Below are positions 25,372 to 39,600 of a DNA stretch of 64,000 nt, piece after piece (the stretch's first letter is position 1; every line of letters starts with the position of its first letter). The stretch spans positions 76,632,001 to 76,696,000 of the forward strand of contig NC_135894.1 in NCBI RefSeq assembly GCF_964194155.1, given 5' to 3'. Source of the DNA: Cetorhinus maximus (lineage: Eukaryota). The notes under the pieces are model-generated. The model made no database searches, was not told the DNA's origin, and worked only from the letters and a program-made list of their open reading frames with translations. The translations under genes were made by a program, and so were the position numbers.

Positions 25372-26450
25372 TGTTACAATCCTGTCAGGAACTGTTAATA
25401 CCTAAAGAAGAAATCCAAACACTCAGCAATCAACCGACAGAATTACACGATATATTTCATGTTTTGAAACAAAAACAACTTTGTTTAATTCTTTTGATAT
25501 ACAAAGGTAAGCACTATAACTCAACACTATAGTTTATGAAAGCTTAGTCTATAAATTCAGTTCTACTTTTTACTTCTCCCCAAGAGTTTCTTTATCTTAT
25601 GAAACCTTGAAGGTTCATTCACTTTTCCTGGGGCCAACCCTCCCAGAATTTATTTTAATTCTCCTCAGTATTCCAGCTTTCTCCAAGGTACAAGATTTAT
25701 GGGGATCCTTCCATTAACTTTTAGATAAGCAATCTTACAATTTTCTTTAAAGACTTCATGACTGTGGACTCTTCAGCTCCTTGACCTGGACGTGGGCATA
25801 CATAGCCTGCTTTTCTCTGCTCCCACAGCTTCTGTACAGCTTTTTTTCCAAGCTAACTATTCAAGCTGTCTGTTTTCTACCACAAGGCCCTGTGAAGACC
25901 ACTGTAGACTTCTTCCACTAGCCTCAAGCTGGACCAAATCTTTCAGCTGCATTTCTCTCACAAAACCCAAACTGAACTGTTCCCTTCTGTCAGCAAACAC
26001 TCACAGATAAAGTAAACAAAAGAACCTCCTAACAAGATTCCACCCCGAGTCACTATTTCTATGCCAACATGGGATGCTTTGGAATGATTCAACCAGAATT
26101 GCAAATAAATTATTTTACCTTCAACATAACTATTTGATGTAACCCATATGAATAATTTATATTTCTAATGGATTTAGTTGCCCTCTCTCCAGACTCTCTT
26201 GATCCATTATAAGTTTAGAGCTGGATCATTCTTTGTTGATTTTTTTTCACTATCAACTCTGACTATGTAAGGCAAACACAAGTTAGCTTTTAATTGTAAT
26301 TAACTCCAAGCTTGTTTGAATTGCATTTACTATAGGGTCATTTGTAAATTTCTCAATCAGATGGCCCCATTTCTATAGTTAAAACTTTAATTCCTAAAAT
26401 TAGAAGTTATTTGCACAAACATGTGAATTATGAACTAGATATTCACAACA
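25372..26450. mobile_element. Solo LTR (Gypsy-like)
   Basis: TGTT...AACA termini with perfect 4-bp TSD ATTT (25368-25371 and 26451-26454). Confidence 0.7.
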
Positions 26451-29399
26451 ATTTGTTTAAAAAAAATACAAAAAGTAGTACAGCAGACATCACAAATTAC
26501 ATTCAGCAGTAATTAATATTTTTAAATACAAATTGGAAACAGCCAAACATTCAACTATTAACTATTGTCCATTAAATATTTGTAATCAGCACTCCAACTA
26601 CCTCCGGCTCCACCAGAACCAAATTATAATGGATTTTAGTCCTCCACTCCACCACTAAAGCTGTTTTTACTATCTCTTTATACAATTAATTGTAATTAAT
26701 TCTTTAACAGGTTAATGTATTGTAGTAGCAAAAAAAGGGAAGATTCATATGGAATGAATTCTCTTCTAAGCAAAATTATTCTAAGACTTTGTTGGATGTG
26801 AGTTATCAGGTCAGACCTCAAGTCTCTTGTCGGATGTATATCATATCCACTGGTCTTCATAGTGTGACCTTATCAAGTTATCTAATAATTTATTGCATCT
26901 TTTTGAGGAAATCGTAGGCATTGTAGAAAGTGTAAGGTAACATCTCCCAAACCGATATAGAATGTATCACATTCTGCATTAAATTTTATAAAATATGTAG
27001 ATAAACATGTACTGGATCTTTGCATTGACTGACGTTCTACCTCAACATTGACATTCGTCTGAGTTATATTATCTTTTTTGACCTAGAAAATAGAGTTGAA
27101 ATCCTCAGACATCACGGGTATCGTTCTTCCATTATAATGGCTCTATGGATTCAGATCACAAACGTGAGAATACAATTTTTAAAATAACATTCCTCAGTTA
27201 TCTGCATCCGAACTCCACCGGTTGCAACAGTGGAAGAGATTGCAATGTCCTGCATTCAACTTACTCAGTAGTGAATTACCGAGCTAGTGTGAATTGTACC
27301 TCCACAAAGTGAGATAAATATTTCAAAACTATGTCCTAATATTCACTATCAAGCAAGGTACTGTTATATCATGTCTGCCTTTCCTTTATAATCATCAATA
27401 CCGTTTCATTCCTAGCTGTTGTTATTCTATCTCTGTGCAATGATAAATGACGGAGGAAAAATACCTATCCTGCCATGAGTAGCTGAATATGGAAATAAAC
27501 GGTTGATAGGTAAAATAATGGATAAACTGTACATTCTCGGCTATTTCTGTACAGACGGTTATTTTATACGATACATTATCATTAGAATTGGCCAGTGATA
27601 AGATGCAAATCATATTTGGATAAAGGTGTAGCAATTACAGGATCTCTGGCCAAACAAAACTTATGTCACTGAATGTCCAGATCCTCAGAAACAGGCACGA
27701 AAAATCGAACAAAAAGGAAACAAATTTCCCAAAACAATACCTGTGTACATTCCACAAAAAAAATTACAAAGATATCCTGAAATTAACCCCAGGACTTTAT
27801 GATTCTATACTTAATTCAATCATATTCTGATGAAATCATCAACTTGCTCCGCTTCGCTCTCCACAGATGTTGCCTGATGTGCTGTTTTAATTTCAATGTG
27901 TTTATTGACTTTTAATATTTTCCTCCACACAATGCTAACACTTTCTGCTTTGCTCCCGGAGATAAACCACTGCAATGCTGACGAGAAGTATCAGAAAACA
28001 GAGGTCCCGTCCCCTGGTAGTGTTCCCGCGTGGGTTTGTTTCGAGCTTGATGAGCTTTCTTTTAAAATCCTATTTCATGTGTTCTTTTCATAATCTCCCA
28101 CCCTTTGTGAAAGATAATGAAGAATTGCTGGTACAAAGGATGGTTAATGGGGCAAAGCGGGGTTAGAAAGGTAAAGTAACCACAGGTGACCCGGAGAGGA
28201 AGAATAACGGTGAAAACGAACACCAAAGTCAGAAAATTAAAAAAAAAACGAATCAGCAGGTGCTCCTTTAATGACCTGGCGACAGATAATTAAAAAAAAA
28301 GGAATCATACGCGTGAAGTCTGCAAATACCATATCGAATTAGCATAAGTTAATATTATAATACAAGATAGACCAATATGTCTTGTAAATAATCAGCTAAA
28401 GAGAATTCTAATATATTATTAATATCCTATCGTGTCGATTCTTAAGAAATTGATATAAAGGTAACACTTCCATTGCATATCATCGTGATACTAAACTCAG
28501 TATTGGGGCTTTTAAATGAACAGGATGCTCTTTGGTTCACCGGCGAGCTGAAACATAAAGTTGTAATTGATTAAAGACAAAAGCTGCAGGAGAATTCATC
28601 TGTCTCCAGTGAATAAAAAGTGAAAATTCAAAAACCATTCTCCTGGGCAGCAGGATTTAGTTCCCATTTATAACCAAGTAACTGAGCCCAAGGAACTGAA
28701 CTGAACACAGAGACAGAATGACACAAAGAACGGGTTAATGTTCAATTTAGTGCTGTTCTCTTTCGAGTCGTGGAAAGCAAGGAATAGCAATCTAAAAAAA
28801 AAACATTCAGAAACGCACTGGATTAACTGAAATGATTCGTGATTGTAAAGACATCGCAGTTAAGCGCACAGAAGTGAAAATACCCAAACGTCGTTCCCCA
28901 ATTTTAACAATAATCTACTACCACGTGTATATAATTTACGAATGTTAGATGACAACGTTGCGTACAAATCTTTGCATCATGTCTTGAATGATTAGTGCTC
29001 TATATTTGTTTCAACTCAATTAAACACAGGCAGAATGTTTTGGTATAACTGCATATAGTTCCGCAAGGGCGTTTTTGATGACTAGTCCTGAAAACTGCAC
29101 TTTATTAACTAACTACACACTGCGTGCGGTAAACATGTTCAGCACACATCAGAAGGACAGCGAAGCTGACAAGACGTTAAGTTTGGAGCCTTTCGTTTGG
29201 TGATATGTCAAAGGGAAATTGTCAATTGTTGTGATAATTAGAAATTCTTCCCACGAAACTCCCGTTTATTAGAAACTTGTTTGTGACTATGGCTCGGAGT
29301 CCTTTATACTGCCGTTTTCCTCAAATCTACATTAGTTTAAATGAATCTGGAGGATTGAAACTCTTTCGAGTTATCAACAGTCACAGGTTGCAACTCTTT

Positions 29400-29500
29400 C
29401 AAGTACAATCACAGTTCTTCTTGGTTTCCGGGAGTGGGACATGAACCCACAACCCTCTGATTCAAAGGCGAGGGTGCTATGAACTGAGCCACAGCCTGAG
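29400..29500 (-). mobile_element. tRNA-derived SINE head upstream of TBX19
   Basis: Minus strand TGGCTCAGTTC (A box) ... GGTTCATGTCCCACTCC (B box). Confidence 0.65.
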
Positions 29501-30159
29501 CTTCCTTTATTGAACCTGTGTCACTGAAGTAGCTTAGGGTTCCCGATTTTTCGACGTTATGTTGATCACAATAACGAGTGGTCCCCAAAGTCCTTCCAAA
29601 GTATATCGTTCTTCTTTGTTTAGGGTCGGACTCCGGTGCAATGATAACAAGTGGAACTAGGTACCTACGGGTTTAGGCAGAACGACAGATATGTTATATT
29701 TACGGCAAAGGGGCAACATCCCCTAATGTTTTCTATGTATATGATATATATTCATGTATCATTCTCGTACATATCTGTTAAAGTCTATTACATTCTACGT
29801 GTAATTTATAAAAGGGCCACACTCTACAACAGTTCAATAGTCAAATTACTCAATTACTTTACAGGAATAGAAATCAATCGAATATTGCAAACCACAATAA
29901 TTAAAGCGCATAGAGTTTAAACACTTTTATCTTTGTCCCTAAATTATCGTCATCTTCAATTTAGCGATTATTTTTCATTTGTAAAAATATTTTTTCTTTG
30001 AGGAAAGAGTGCATAAAATCACTATATGAAGTCTGTCACTCGATATTTTAGAAATGTTATTTTTAATGTAGCTTTGGGTTATTTAGTCGTACATTTTTAA
30101 AAAAAAAACGTACATCCCTGGTTGGAAATAACTAACGATGATGAGTTCACTATAATGGC

Positions 30160-30432
30160 AATGCGTGACTGATTGCTGAATTTCGGCTATAGGTATGAGT
30201 GAACTGTCACCAGCTGCCTGTGCAACCACTGATATCAACACGAAGAAACCAATAGCAATTCGGGCAAACGTCATATGACAGGAGAAGTCATTGGTGTAAA
30301 GTTTATTTAATCACCATCCAATGGTAGGCTTCACTTAGAATCAGAATGCTCAGTGACTAGTCGAAGTGTTTACATTGCCTTACTTCAATTTTAGTCGATT
30401 TCAGCTTGGCTGCAAAGTCTTGTCTGGCCAGA
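30160..30432 (+). promoter_or_regulatory. Putative TBX19 proximal promoter / 5'UTR
   Basis: Repeat-free region directly upstream of the ATG with CCAAT boxes (~30250, ~30290 reverse, ~30318), TGACAG/CTGTCA sites, E-boxes CAGCTG and CATATG, and a TTTATTTAA element at ~30302. TSS unknown. Confidence 0.5.
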
Positions 30433-30617
30433 ATGAACGAAACTGAGGGTAAGAGCAGTGTGGCTCGTTTGCTCAATGCTCTCGAGTGTGAGTTAGTGGC
30501 GGGCAGTGAAAAAGGAGATCCCACCGAAAAACAACTGAAAGTCACCCTGGAAGATGCAAATCTTTGGCAAAAATTCAAAGCAGTCACCAACGAAATGATT
30601 GTCACCAAGAATGGAAG
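30433..30617 (+). CDS. TBX19: TBX19 exon 1 (coding part)
   Basis: [62 protein letters not shown]; donor AG|GTTAGT, phase 2. Confidence 0.93.
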
Positions 30618-33600
30618 GTTAGTAAAACAACTTAATGAAGGCACTAAATAAAAATGAAACGGTCAGTACGTACATATACACATTTCTTATTTCACAAGGG
30701 TTCTTGATGTTTTGAATTGCCGGAATGAAATAAATTCATTGTGAGAAGGTGCTCTTGAAATTACTATTAATAATGCATTGTTTTGAATAATTAATAACAT
30801 GCATTCAATAGGCAAAATTCCATTGAGCTTGGCGCAAAATATTTGCTGAGAAATGCACTAGGATTAAGTATACTTTCTATAATGTTCACATTTTATATTC
30901 AGATAAAATTGTTACATAATGTTTTCATGATCGGATTTCTTGTATGATTGACGTTTTTTTTTGTTCTGTATGTTTGCCCAATAAAACAAAGTTGTAGAAG
31001 CACTGAGGAGTATTTCCATAAATTATGTTTTTACTCCCGCATATAAGGAATTCCCTTTCTTTAATTTGCCGTCATAAATGTTCTCAGTTTCTCTTTACTT
31101 CTGTTCACAATCTCTTTGTTTCTCTTCTCTTTCAGCTTTTCTTTCTTCCTCCTGTGATTTTCTGTAATTCTTTTCTTCCTTCTGGCTATTTGTTTTCTCT
31201 TTTCGATCTGCCTCTTTTTAATCTTCCTATTCATCTTGTTAATATTACTTTTATATCGTTTTTTTCTTTCATTGAGTGTTTGAATCTCTGTCACCCATGT
31301 CCCAAACTGAGCTGCGCTTCTACGCTTCAATTTTAAAGCCTGTTAAGCTTCCCTGAGAAAATAAACAATTCACTACATATTGTCTGCAAATCCGTTTGGT
31401 ACTGATTGTGTATTTTACACTGAAAATCTCAGGTCAGCATTTCTCTGGCGTTGCTTGTCTGTGGTCACTTTCTGACTAATACCCTTAAAGTATTGTGTTC
31501 AACTGTGCTGAAACCTGTGTGGACATGGGAATATTTGTCTTTTTATAAATAAATCTGATTGCAAAGTGTGGCTGGTGCTTTTCTGATTTCTATTAATGTC
31601 AGTGCAGATATCCATATTGGGCTTCCTTATAAGGTTCCATTTTTCAATAAAATGATATGTCAATGTTTCAAAAGTAACGTCAAACAGCACAGAAGTAGTC
31701 CATTCAGCCTATCATGCCTGTGCTGCTTCTTAAAAAGAGCTATCAGATGGGTCCCACTCCACTTGCTCTTTCTCCAAAGCCCTGTAATGGTTTTTCCTTC
31801 AGGTATTTAATCAAATCCCTTTTGGTAAGTTACCATTGAATTTGCTTCCACTACCCTTTCAGGCAGTGCTCTCTAGATCATAGCATTTCAAAAAATCAGC
31901 AGAAAACATTGAACTAGCTCATAAATGGAGTGAGTAGTTTGAGGAATTGTCGGCAAAAATAACAAAGCAAATATTTTAGCTGCAGGCTATTGGCATGATC
32001 TGAATGGAAGAGTGAACATATTAAACTAATTTCAAAAATAAGAGAAATGTAAAATTTTGAATTAAATCTATCAAACACTAAATCCCATTACAGTACAGTA
32101 AGATTGAGCAGGCCTGATGATAAATTGTTTGCAATTATTTGTATCTCTTTCTTTGGCTATTTTATAATAAGTAACCATAATGTTGTGTAACTTGGTATGT
32201 TGCAAAATAGTAAAGCAATTATGAGACACTGAGTTGCAAAATTGAAAGTCAAACAGTTCATCAATGTCTTTAGAAATTATTACATTCCTGAAATATGCTC
32301 CAATCCCTTCTATCCCATGTGGTATATATGGGTGGAATTTGTAGCAGGTAGTTTATTCCATTTTCAGGTTTTTAATTTTGGCGGCAGCAGCTATCGTGCT
32401 GGACAATGTTGGGTTATGTGCATTGAGCACATGATCTGATCAAAGTGCGATTGTACCCCCTGATTTGAATTGCAGCCATATTGGGTTTTATGCCACTGCG
32501 TGATAAAGGAAAAGAGAATACCCCACACCTATTATTATATCCTGAAGCAAAATAAGTGATTCGTGTAACATAACATTCTACGATATCTTAAATTAAAACC
32601 CAATTTACATTGTAAGCTTTTAAATTTCCTAATAGAAGACTTGCATTTATAAAATGCCCCCTACCTCAAAGCAGATATATAATGAATTACTTTTGAAGTG
32701 CAGTGGCCATTTTTATGCAGGTAAATATATTAATTCTGTTGGCAATACTTGAGGTAATGCTTTGATTATTTTTGTTATTTCTGAAGAAATATTCCTCCTT
32801 TTTCCCAGTGACTCTAACCTTTATTCCATCCCCCCATGCCACCCCCATCAACTTGGAATGATGACACCACAACTGAGATTCAGCAACTGAAAAATGCTCT
32901 GCTCTCAGACTGCTACAATATCCCATACAGCTGGTCACTAAAAATCTGAAGTTTGTTTCCTGTGTGAGTTTTCCACCTAGTTTTAGCAGATTGGAAACAT
33001 GGTGTAATCTCTGCTGCTGGTGAAGGTTGTGTGCAGATGAATGGCAAAATGGAGCTTCAACTGAATGTTTAGACTGAGCAGTATTTGTGAACTGGCCCAC
33101 TCCTATGGGTGCCTGAATATTGACAGAAAATAAGCAATGTAAGTGAAGTGAGGCTTGTACCATGAAATTACAGCATTCACCAACAAAAGATGTGGCCCCT
33201 ATGCACCCTTAGTGACAGTGATGCCTTTAATGGCAGCCTTCTCACTTTATAGACGGCAACAATCTAATTTTTGGCTGTTTAGTGTGCTAAGTGTCCAAAA
33301 GGCTCATTTTTACCTGTTTCTGACCAGTGAATGGCAGCAACTCTGGTGGTAATTATTATTTGATGATCTTATAGTTCCATTATTATGTGAAGAGGCAGCA
33401 AGACTTGACCGAATGCCCCCTTGTGGATTTAGGGCGTTCTCTTCAGCCTGAGCTCTTAACCCCATTGAGACGTCTATGAATTTAAACTAGAGAGTGATAC
33501 AAGGAAGAATACAGGCAACAGTTGAACATACCATCTGAATGCTGCAATGACATTCAGTAGGGTTGATGTAGTTATTCAAAGAGATGAGGGAGAAAATTGT

Positions 33601-36600
33601 AATATAATCCATCAAGGTCTCAAAAGATGATTGGACTCTGTTGCCAATGCATAACTTTGCCATGCAAAGAAGCATTACCATGAAGCAAGTCACTGGCAAC
33701 TGTTTGAGATTAAACCAGATTGTTCACAACCTTGGTGCCATATTTGACCCCAAGTTGAGTTTCTGACCTCATATTCATGCCATCACTAAGATCGCCCAGC
33801 ACTATCTCCGTAACGCTACCTGCCTTCAAGATAAGTCAAAACAACAACTTACATTTATATAGCACCTTCGACATAGTAAAACATGCCAAGGTGCTTCACA
33901 GGAGCATTATAAAACAAAAGTTGACATCAAGGAGATATTTGGACACATGACCAAAAGTTTGGTCAAAGTTAGTTGCAGGTTTTAAGGAGTGTCTCAAAAG
34001 GAAGGTGGTGAGGCAGATGGGTTTAGTAAGGGCATTCCAGATCTTCGGGCCTTAGCAACTGAAGGCACAGCCACCAGCGGAGGAGTGATTAAATTCAGTG
34101 ATACTCAAGAGGGCTGAATTGGAGGAATGCAGATGTCTTGGAGATTTGCAGGACTGGAGGAGATGACAGCAATAAGGAGGGATAAGGCTATGAAGGGATT
34201 GGAAAATGAGGATTTTAAAGTAGTGTTGCTTGACTAGGAGCCAATATAGGTCAGTGAGCACAGGAGTTAAGGCCATACAAAGCTTGATGCAAGTAGGGAC
34301 ATGTGCAGCAAAGTTTTGGATTGATCAAGAAACCATGTATGATAGACAGAATTTTGATGAGATATACAAGATAAACATGCTTGATTGAACTAAATGTAAC
34401 CGAGAAGAGTATCTATGCCAGCTGAAATGGTATTAGTTACTTCACTTGCACAGATAAAGAGTCAAAATAGTGAAGTGCCAGTTACATCAGGGAAAAATCA
34501 TGAAAGAATTCTTCAGACAACCATCTTAGTTGGCTGACTAAAAGAAATAAAAACAGAAAATGCTCAGCAGGCCTGGCAACCTCTGTGGTGAGAGAAACAG
34601 AGTTAACATTTCAGGTCTGTCATCAGAACTGAGAATAATTAGAAATTATAGTAATAGCTTTTGAACAAAGGAAAGGGTAGAGGGTGGGAAAAAGAACAAA
34701 AGGGAAGGCCTGTGGTAGGGTGGGGGGCAGGAGAGATTAAATGACAAAAAATTTTATGGTGCAAGGCCAAAGTGAGTGGGACAAGTAAAGAATAAAAGAT
34801 GTGTTTACAGGAGGTGTGAGTAGCAGGGTAGTTGCTATCTGAACGCAAAGTAAAGGAATGAAAAATAAATGAGGGAAAAGACCAAACCAGCAAAAACTGA
34901 CTAAAGGGTTGGATTTGAAGAATTAGCACGTGTACTCAAGTGCATATTGTGAATTTGGGTGTGCTGGCCAGTGCACCGGACACAATTTTCCATCCATTAA
35001 AATTAGTAGACAGAAAATCATGACCTCCACACCTCAATCTTCAAATTGCATTGCTGTCATTCAAAGCTCTGCATAAGGAGAGCTAATTTTTAAAAATTAG
35101 CCCATAGCGCAAAGCATGACAGAATTAGTTTATGGAATGTGGCACATGGCAGAATTTGGAGATTCCTATTCAGTCTGTGATTGAATGGAACCCAGTTCCT
35201 AGCAGTGTGAGTACACTGTGCTAATTTACAGAACAGCCTAATCCTCATGAATAATCCTTTGAATTCTGAAGAACAATTTTTTTTGTTGTGGGGACCCAAT
35301 GGTTTACAACAGATATTTTTATATATATTATGTAAATATGTATATGTATAATTATGTATGTGTGTATATGTATACATGTATGTATGTGTAGCTATGTATA
35401 AAACAGATTGCAGTCGGTGCCAAAATGAATTTCTAAATGAAAAATTGCTAAATGTAGAACTCCATCGGGTGAAAATTTCTGTTAGATTATTGAGGGTGCA
35501 TTAAGTAAAAGTTATAATATTTTGTCCTTTTTAATGTACTCCCAGGAAAGTACAAATTTATTCTGTGCACTTTCTATGAGATGGAATGTGTTGCAACTGA
35601 CAATGAACTAAAGAACTAAGATATACTTGTGATGATGTTGCTGAGCTAATAGCCAAGCAATTATTGAGCTGGAATCTTAAAAGTTTTCATGTGCACCCTG
35701 CAACAATCTAATGCTTTTGTTTTGAATGGCTCCGATAGAAATACGGGAAACCAAGGGAGAATAGTTTTTCAACTGGATCCTATCCCATTTCTGTTGGAAA
35801 ATGGGGGTCCAGCAGTTAAAAATTGTGAGAACTTATTGACGGCCAGTGTGATTTTCAGGCAGGATATAAGTGGGTGGTCAGTACTTCTGCCCATAACAGG
35901 CTTATTAAAATCTTTAAATTGGAGTCCTATGTCAGTTGTAGAACTCTGATGCCATTGTTATGTATAACTGGACAGAGTGTGCATTTTGCATGCTCTGCTC
36001 ATTATACAGAAATCAAGCATCCTAACATTAAAGGGGCTGCTGGGGGCCACTCTGAAAACTGTGTCTTCTAAGGCCAGGAGGAGGAGTTTCGAAGCTGTTG
36101 CCCTCCCACCATTGACCCCTCCCCAAGCCCTGCCATTCCCACCAGATTCTCTCCTTCCTTGTCCCATGGTCTGACTTGTAATGGTTCCATGGAGGAGTCA
36201 GTGCATAATCTATGCTCCCACCCACCCCTGGGCTATGTGTGTGTGCTCACTGTGCACTGGCAGTTTGCCCAAAATATTTGGTTGAAGCCCAACTAGGAAA
36301 ATGTGTTTAACCTCTTTCTGGAACCATTAGGTGGATGTAGCACATGTCCTACCTAATCTGTGTTTCAGTTGAAAATCACCCAGTGTAACTAGGAGGTGCT
36401 ATATTTATCTGGTTCCTAAATGCAAGCCTTCTGCTTTTTGCAAATAAAAAAATCTAGCCTGTGCTAAAATGATTGTTACTGAGAGATATTTTGCAGTTAT
36501 TACCTGCTTATATGTCTGGAAGGGGCTATTAGATTTTTTTTTAATTGAGTAGAAAATCCATCATATATCAAAAGGCATTTTGCATTATTGGTGCAACTTC

Positions 36601-39600
36601 TTCAATATAATGTAATCGAGATGAATTTAGGTGTACCTCTCATGTTCTTATAGCTCTGATACACTTTGAGAGTTTGAAAATATTGCACTGAAAGTAATAA
36701 AGAAATGAAGCATTCAAATATTGAATGGAATATATGGTACAAGATGAATAATTATAGTTTGGCTTTGCCTATTTTCACTAAACATTGGAACATTATGTCA
36801 CAGGAGCATAGAATGTATTAAAGTAACTATTGCACTTGGCACTGAAACCGTACAGGCTTTCAGTGACCTGTGCCTCAGCATCAATACATTACCATCATAA
36901 AAAGAATAGTATGAAGTCAAGGATAATTAGACCTGAATCAAAATATTTTAGCATTTACCTTTGATAAAATACAACTGAGAATCAGTGTAAGGTTCAATAC
37001 TGAACAATTTTAGGCTATTACAGCTTCTGATACAAAGCAAGTCATGGTAGCATTTATTTCCTGTTTTCATTTCAGAAAGGAGTGATATATAACAACTTGT
37101 AAATGCATCTGAAGGACTGTACAATAATTGTATCCTATTGAAAAATGAAATAAAATGACAATAGGAGTATGAGCAAATTTAGTAAACTTCAACAGTCCTT
37201 TCTTAAGAATATACTAACTCTGTGTACAGCAGGATAATGGATTGTATAGTGCTACTTGTCAGTTCTGCCTTCTGCTGTGCATATTCTCCTGTATTTCAGA
37301 AAGGTATCTGATACAGAAAACTATCTGTTACCTGCACATTCTAGGCAAAATGTAGCATTCAGGGTGTTTTGGCACGTAAAGCAGAGTCCTACCAAAACAG
37401 CCTATCTTTCTGAAGTCTCCTTGTCACTCTATCTGCATTTGCCTCTGCTTTTCCACTATGCCACATAATCTACTTCAAGTCATGTCATGTGCATTGCATT
37501 TCCTGTTACCTCACTGGCAGGTCTGCGTAGTCATCACACCCTCCCTGAAGAATCTGAAAGAAACTCTTCTTAGCAAGAAAAGAACAATATTAATGTAGAA
37601 TTAGTGTGTTCTTTCATTACACCTGCTCACAACTAGGATACATTTTTGGAGCTTGGGTAACCATTAGCAGCTGCTTCATTAACACTAGTGCACATTTAGC
37701 ATTTGGTGTCTTTGATGCAGACTCTTTTTCCTTAGAGTAACATGGAGTAAAATACAATGCTGGTAGATTCATTGTGTTGTTTAAATACTTTTTTAAGAAT
37801 AGAAAACCTTGTGCTCACTATGGAGGTGGTGTAGTAATGCAACTGCTGTTCTGAAAGACTAAAGCAAAAACTATTCTTTTCCAAACTAGTTACTCCTCAC
37901 CTCTGCTTGTAGCTTGCATTTACTTTTGAATCGATTGCCAAACACTTGTTAATCAAGTTACTCCCTATGCTGTGTATCTGCATGTTTGGATTAATAGGAA
38001 AATTAGCCTCTGTATGTGAATGGTAGCCAGGCCTTTATTTTTTGAAAAGGTTATTATGCTTTTCCCTGATATTCAGTGCAATTACCATTATGTGCTTTCC
38101 CAAAAGGAAAGGTTGATTTTTTTTCTCCCTCCTTCTCTTTCCCTCTTTCAGACGGATGTTTCCAGTTCTGAAAATAAGTGTATCTGGATTGGATCCAAAT
38201 GCCATGTATTCATTCCTGCTTGACTTTGTTGCTGCTGATAGTCATCGTTGGAAATACGTGAATGGTGAATGGATTCCAGCTGGTAAACCAGAACCCCTGA
38301 CACAGAGTTGTGTTTACATCCACCCTGACTCCCCTAACTTTGGGGCACACTGGATGAAAGCTCCAATCTCTTTCAGTAAAGTCAAGTTAACAAATAAAGG
38401 CAACACTGGTGGGCAGGTACGGCTCTCTCCTCCCATCTCATTTGCAATAACAAGCAGGGCAATTGTGAAATATCAAGTGTGCATTAATGTAATTATAGCA
38501 ATCCTCTCAGCCTACTCTACTCATATAGGGTATTGTTTGAAAGGAAACCAAACATAAACAAGAATAAACAGGTCTAATTGGCACTTTCAGAGTTTAATGG
38601 ACATCGTGTTTTAGTCAGAAAAAGAGGTTTTGCTTGATGCAGCCCAGCAACCATTAAGAGATCTCCCAGTGAGTACAATTTCATGTAAAAACGTTTGTAA
38701 TGAGTTCAGTCATTTGTGTTTTCCTTGGCACAGATTTTACTAAAATTGACATTGAACAAAAGTAAGTGTTTCATGCAAAATTACATAATTAGAGTTGTTT
38801 TGTAATTATGAAATTAACTGTGTCTTTTTTACAGCCAGAAAAAACAACAAACCATCCAAAAAATATACAATATATTTATAGGAGGACAAATCTATATCAT
38901 TTTGGTTCTGGAATAAAGTTGCAGCGCTGTCCATTACTTTAAAATAATTAACACGGAAGATGTAGCACTTTTATTTTAGATTAGTGCTAAGTAATATTTT
39001 CAGTATTTCAAAAAATCACGAGGAATATCTTTTCTATTTTATGCACTGTTTTGTAGGTTACGTGTATACATGTAAATCTGTTATAATTTTCTATCATTAA
39101 TTGTCATTTAAATATTTTTTGCACTTAATGATGGAATTGTCAGTAATAGAGAATAGAACACCTTTCATTTTTGTCACTTACTGTCAGTAGCAAGCACCAA
39201 TCTAATATGGCCAGATGCAGAGCAAAAGATACATTTTGAAAAAAAAAATTATCATTATGGTGAATGGCATTCTGCTGGGCAAGATCAGCTCTTTAGCTCT
39301 CCGTTGTAAGAGTCACTGGCTGCACAGAATTAGTGATTTCCTTGTAGTTATGTTCCAGTGCAAGACTAGACATTCTCTTCACTAACTGCTCTGCAAATAC
39401 TTGAACCCACCTGGCTTCAAATAAAATCTCTGAATAGTAAATAGCAGAGTTAATGTTCCCCCATATTTTCTTTCTGCAGCTGCTGATTTATGACAGTGTA
39501 CATTTCCTTCAATTCCTCCGGTTTTTTAGGTTTTTAGATAGAGGGAAATCTAACCACAGTACTAGCTTTTACTTACTTTTAACCCTGCCACTGGCCTGGC

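Noticed and set aside
30406-30432. ORF-track N-terminal extension MAAKSCLAR
   Set aside because: It starts at TTG; the first in-frame ATG after the stop at 30358-30360 is 30433.
31025-31336. Hydrophobic and Lys/Arg-rich ORFs in intron 1
   Set aside because: Low-complexity T/C-rich tract.
35320-35400. TA/TG-rich tract
   Set aside because: Ordinary degenerate microsatellite.
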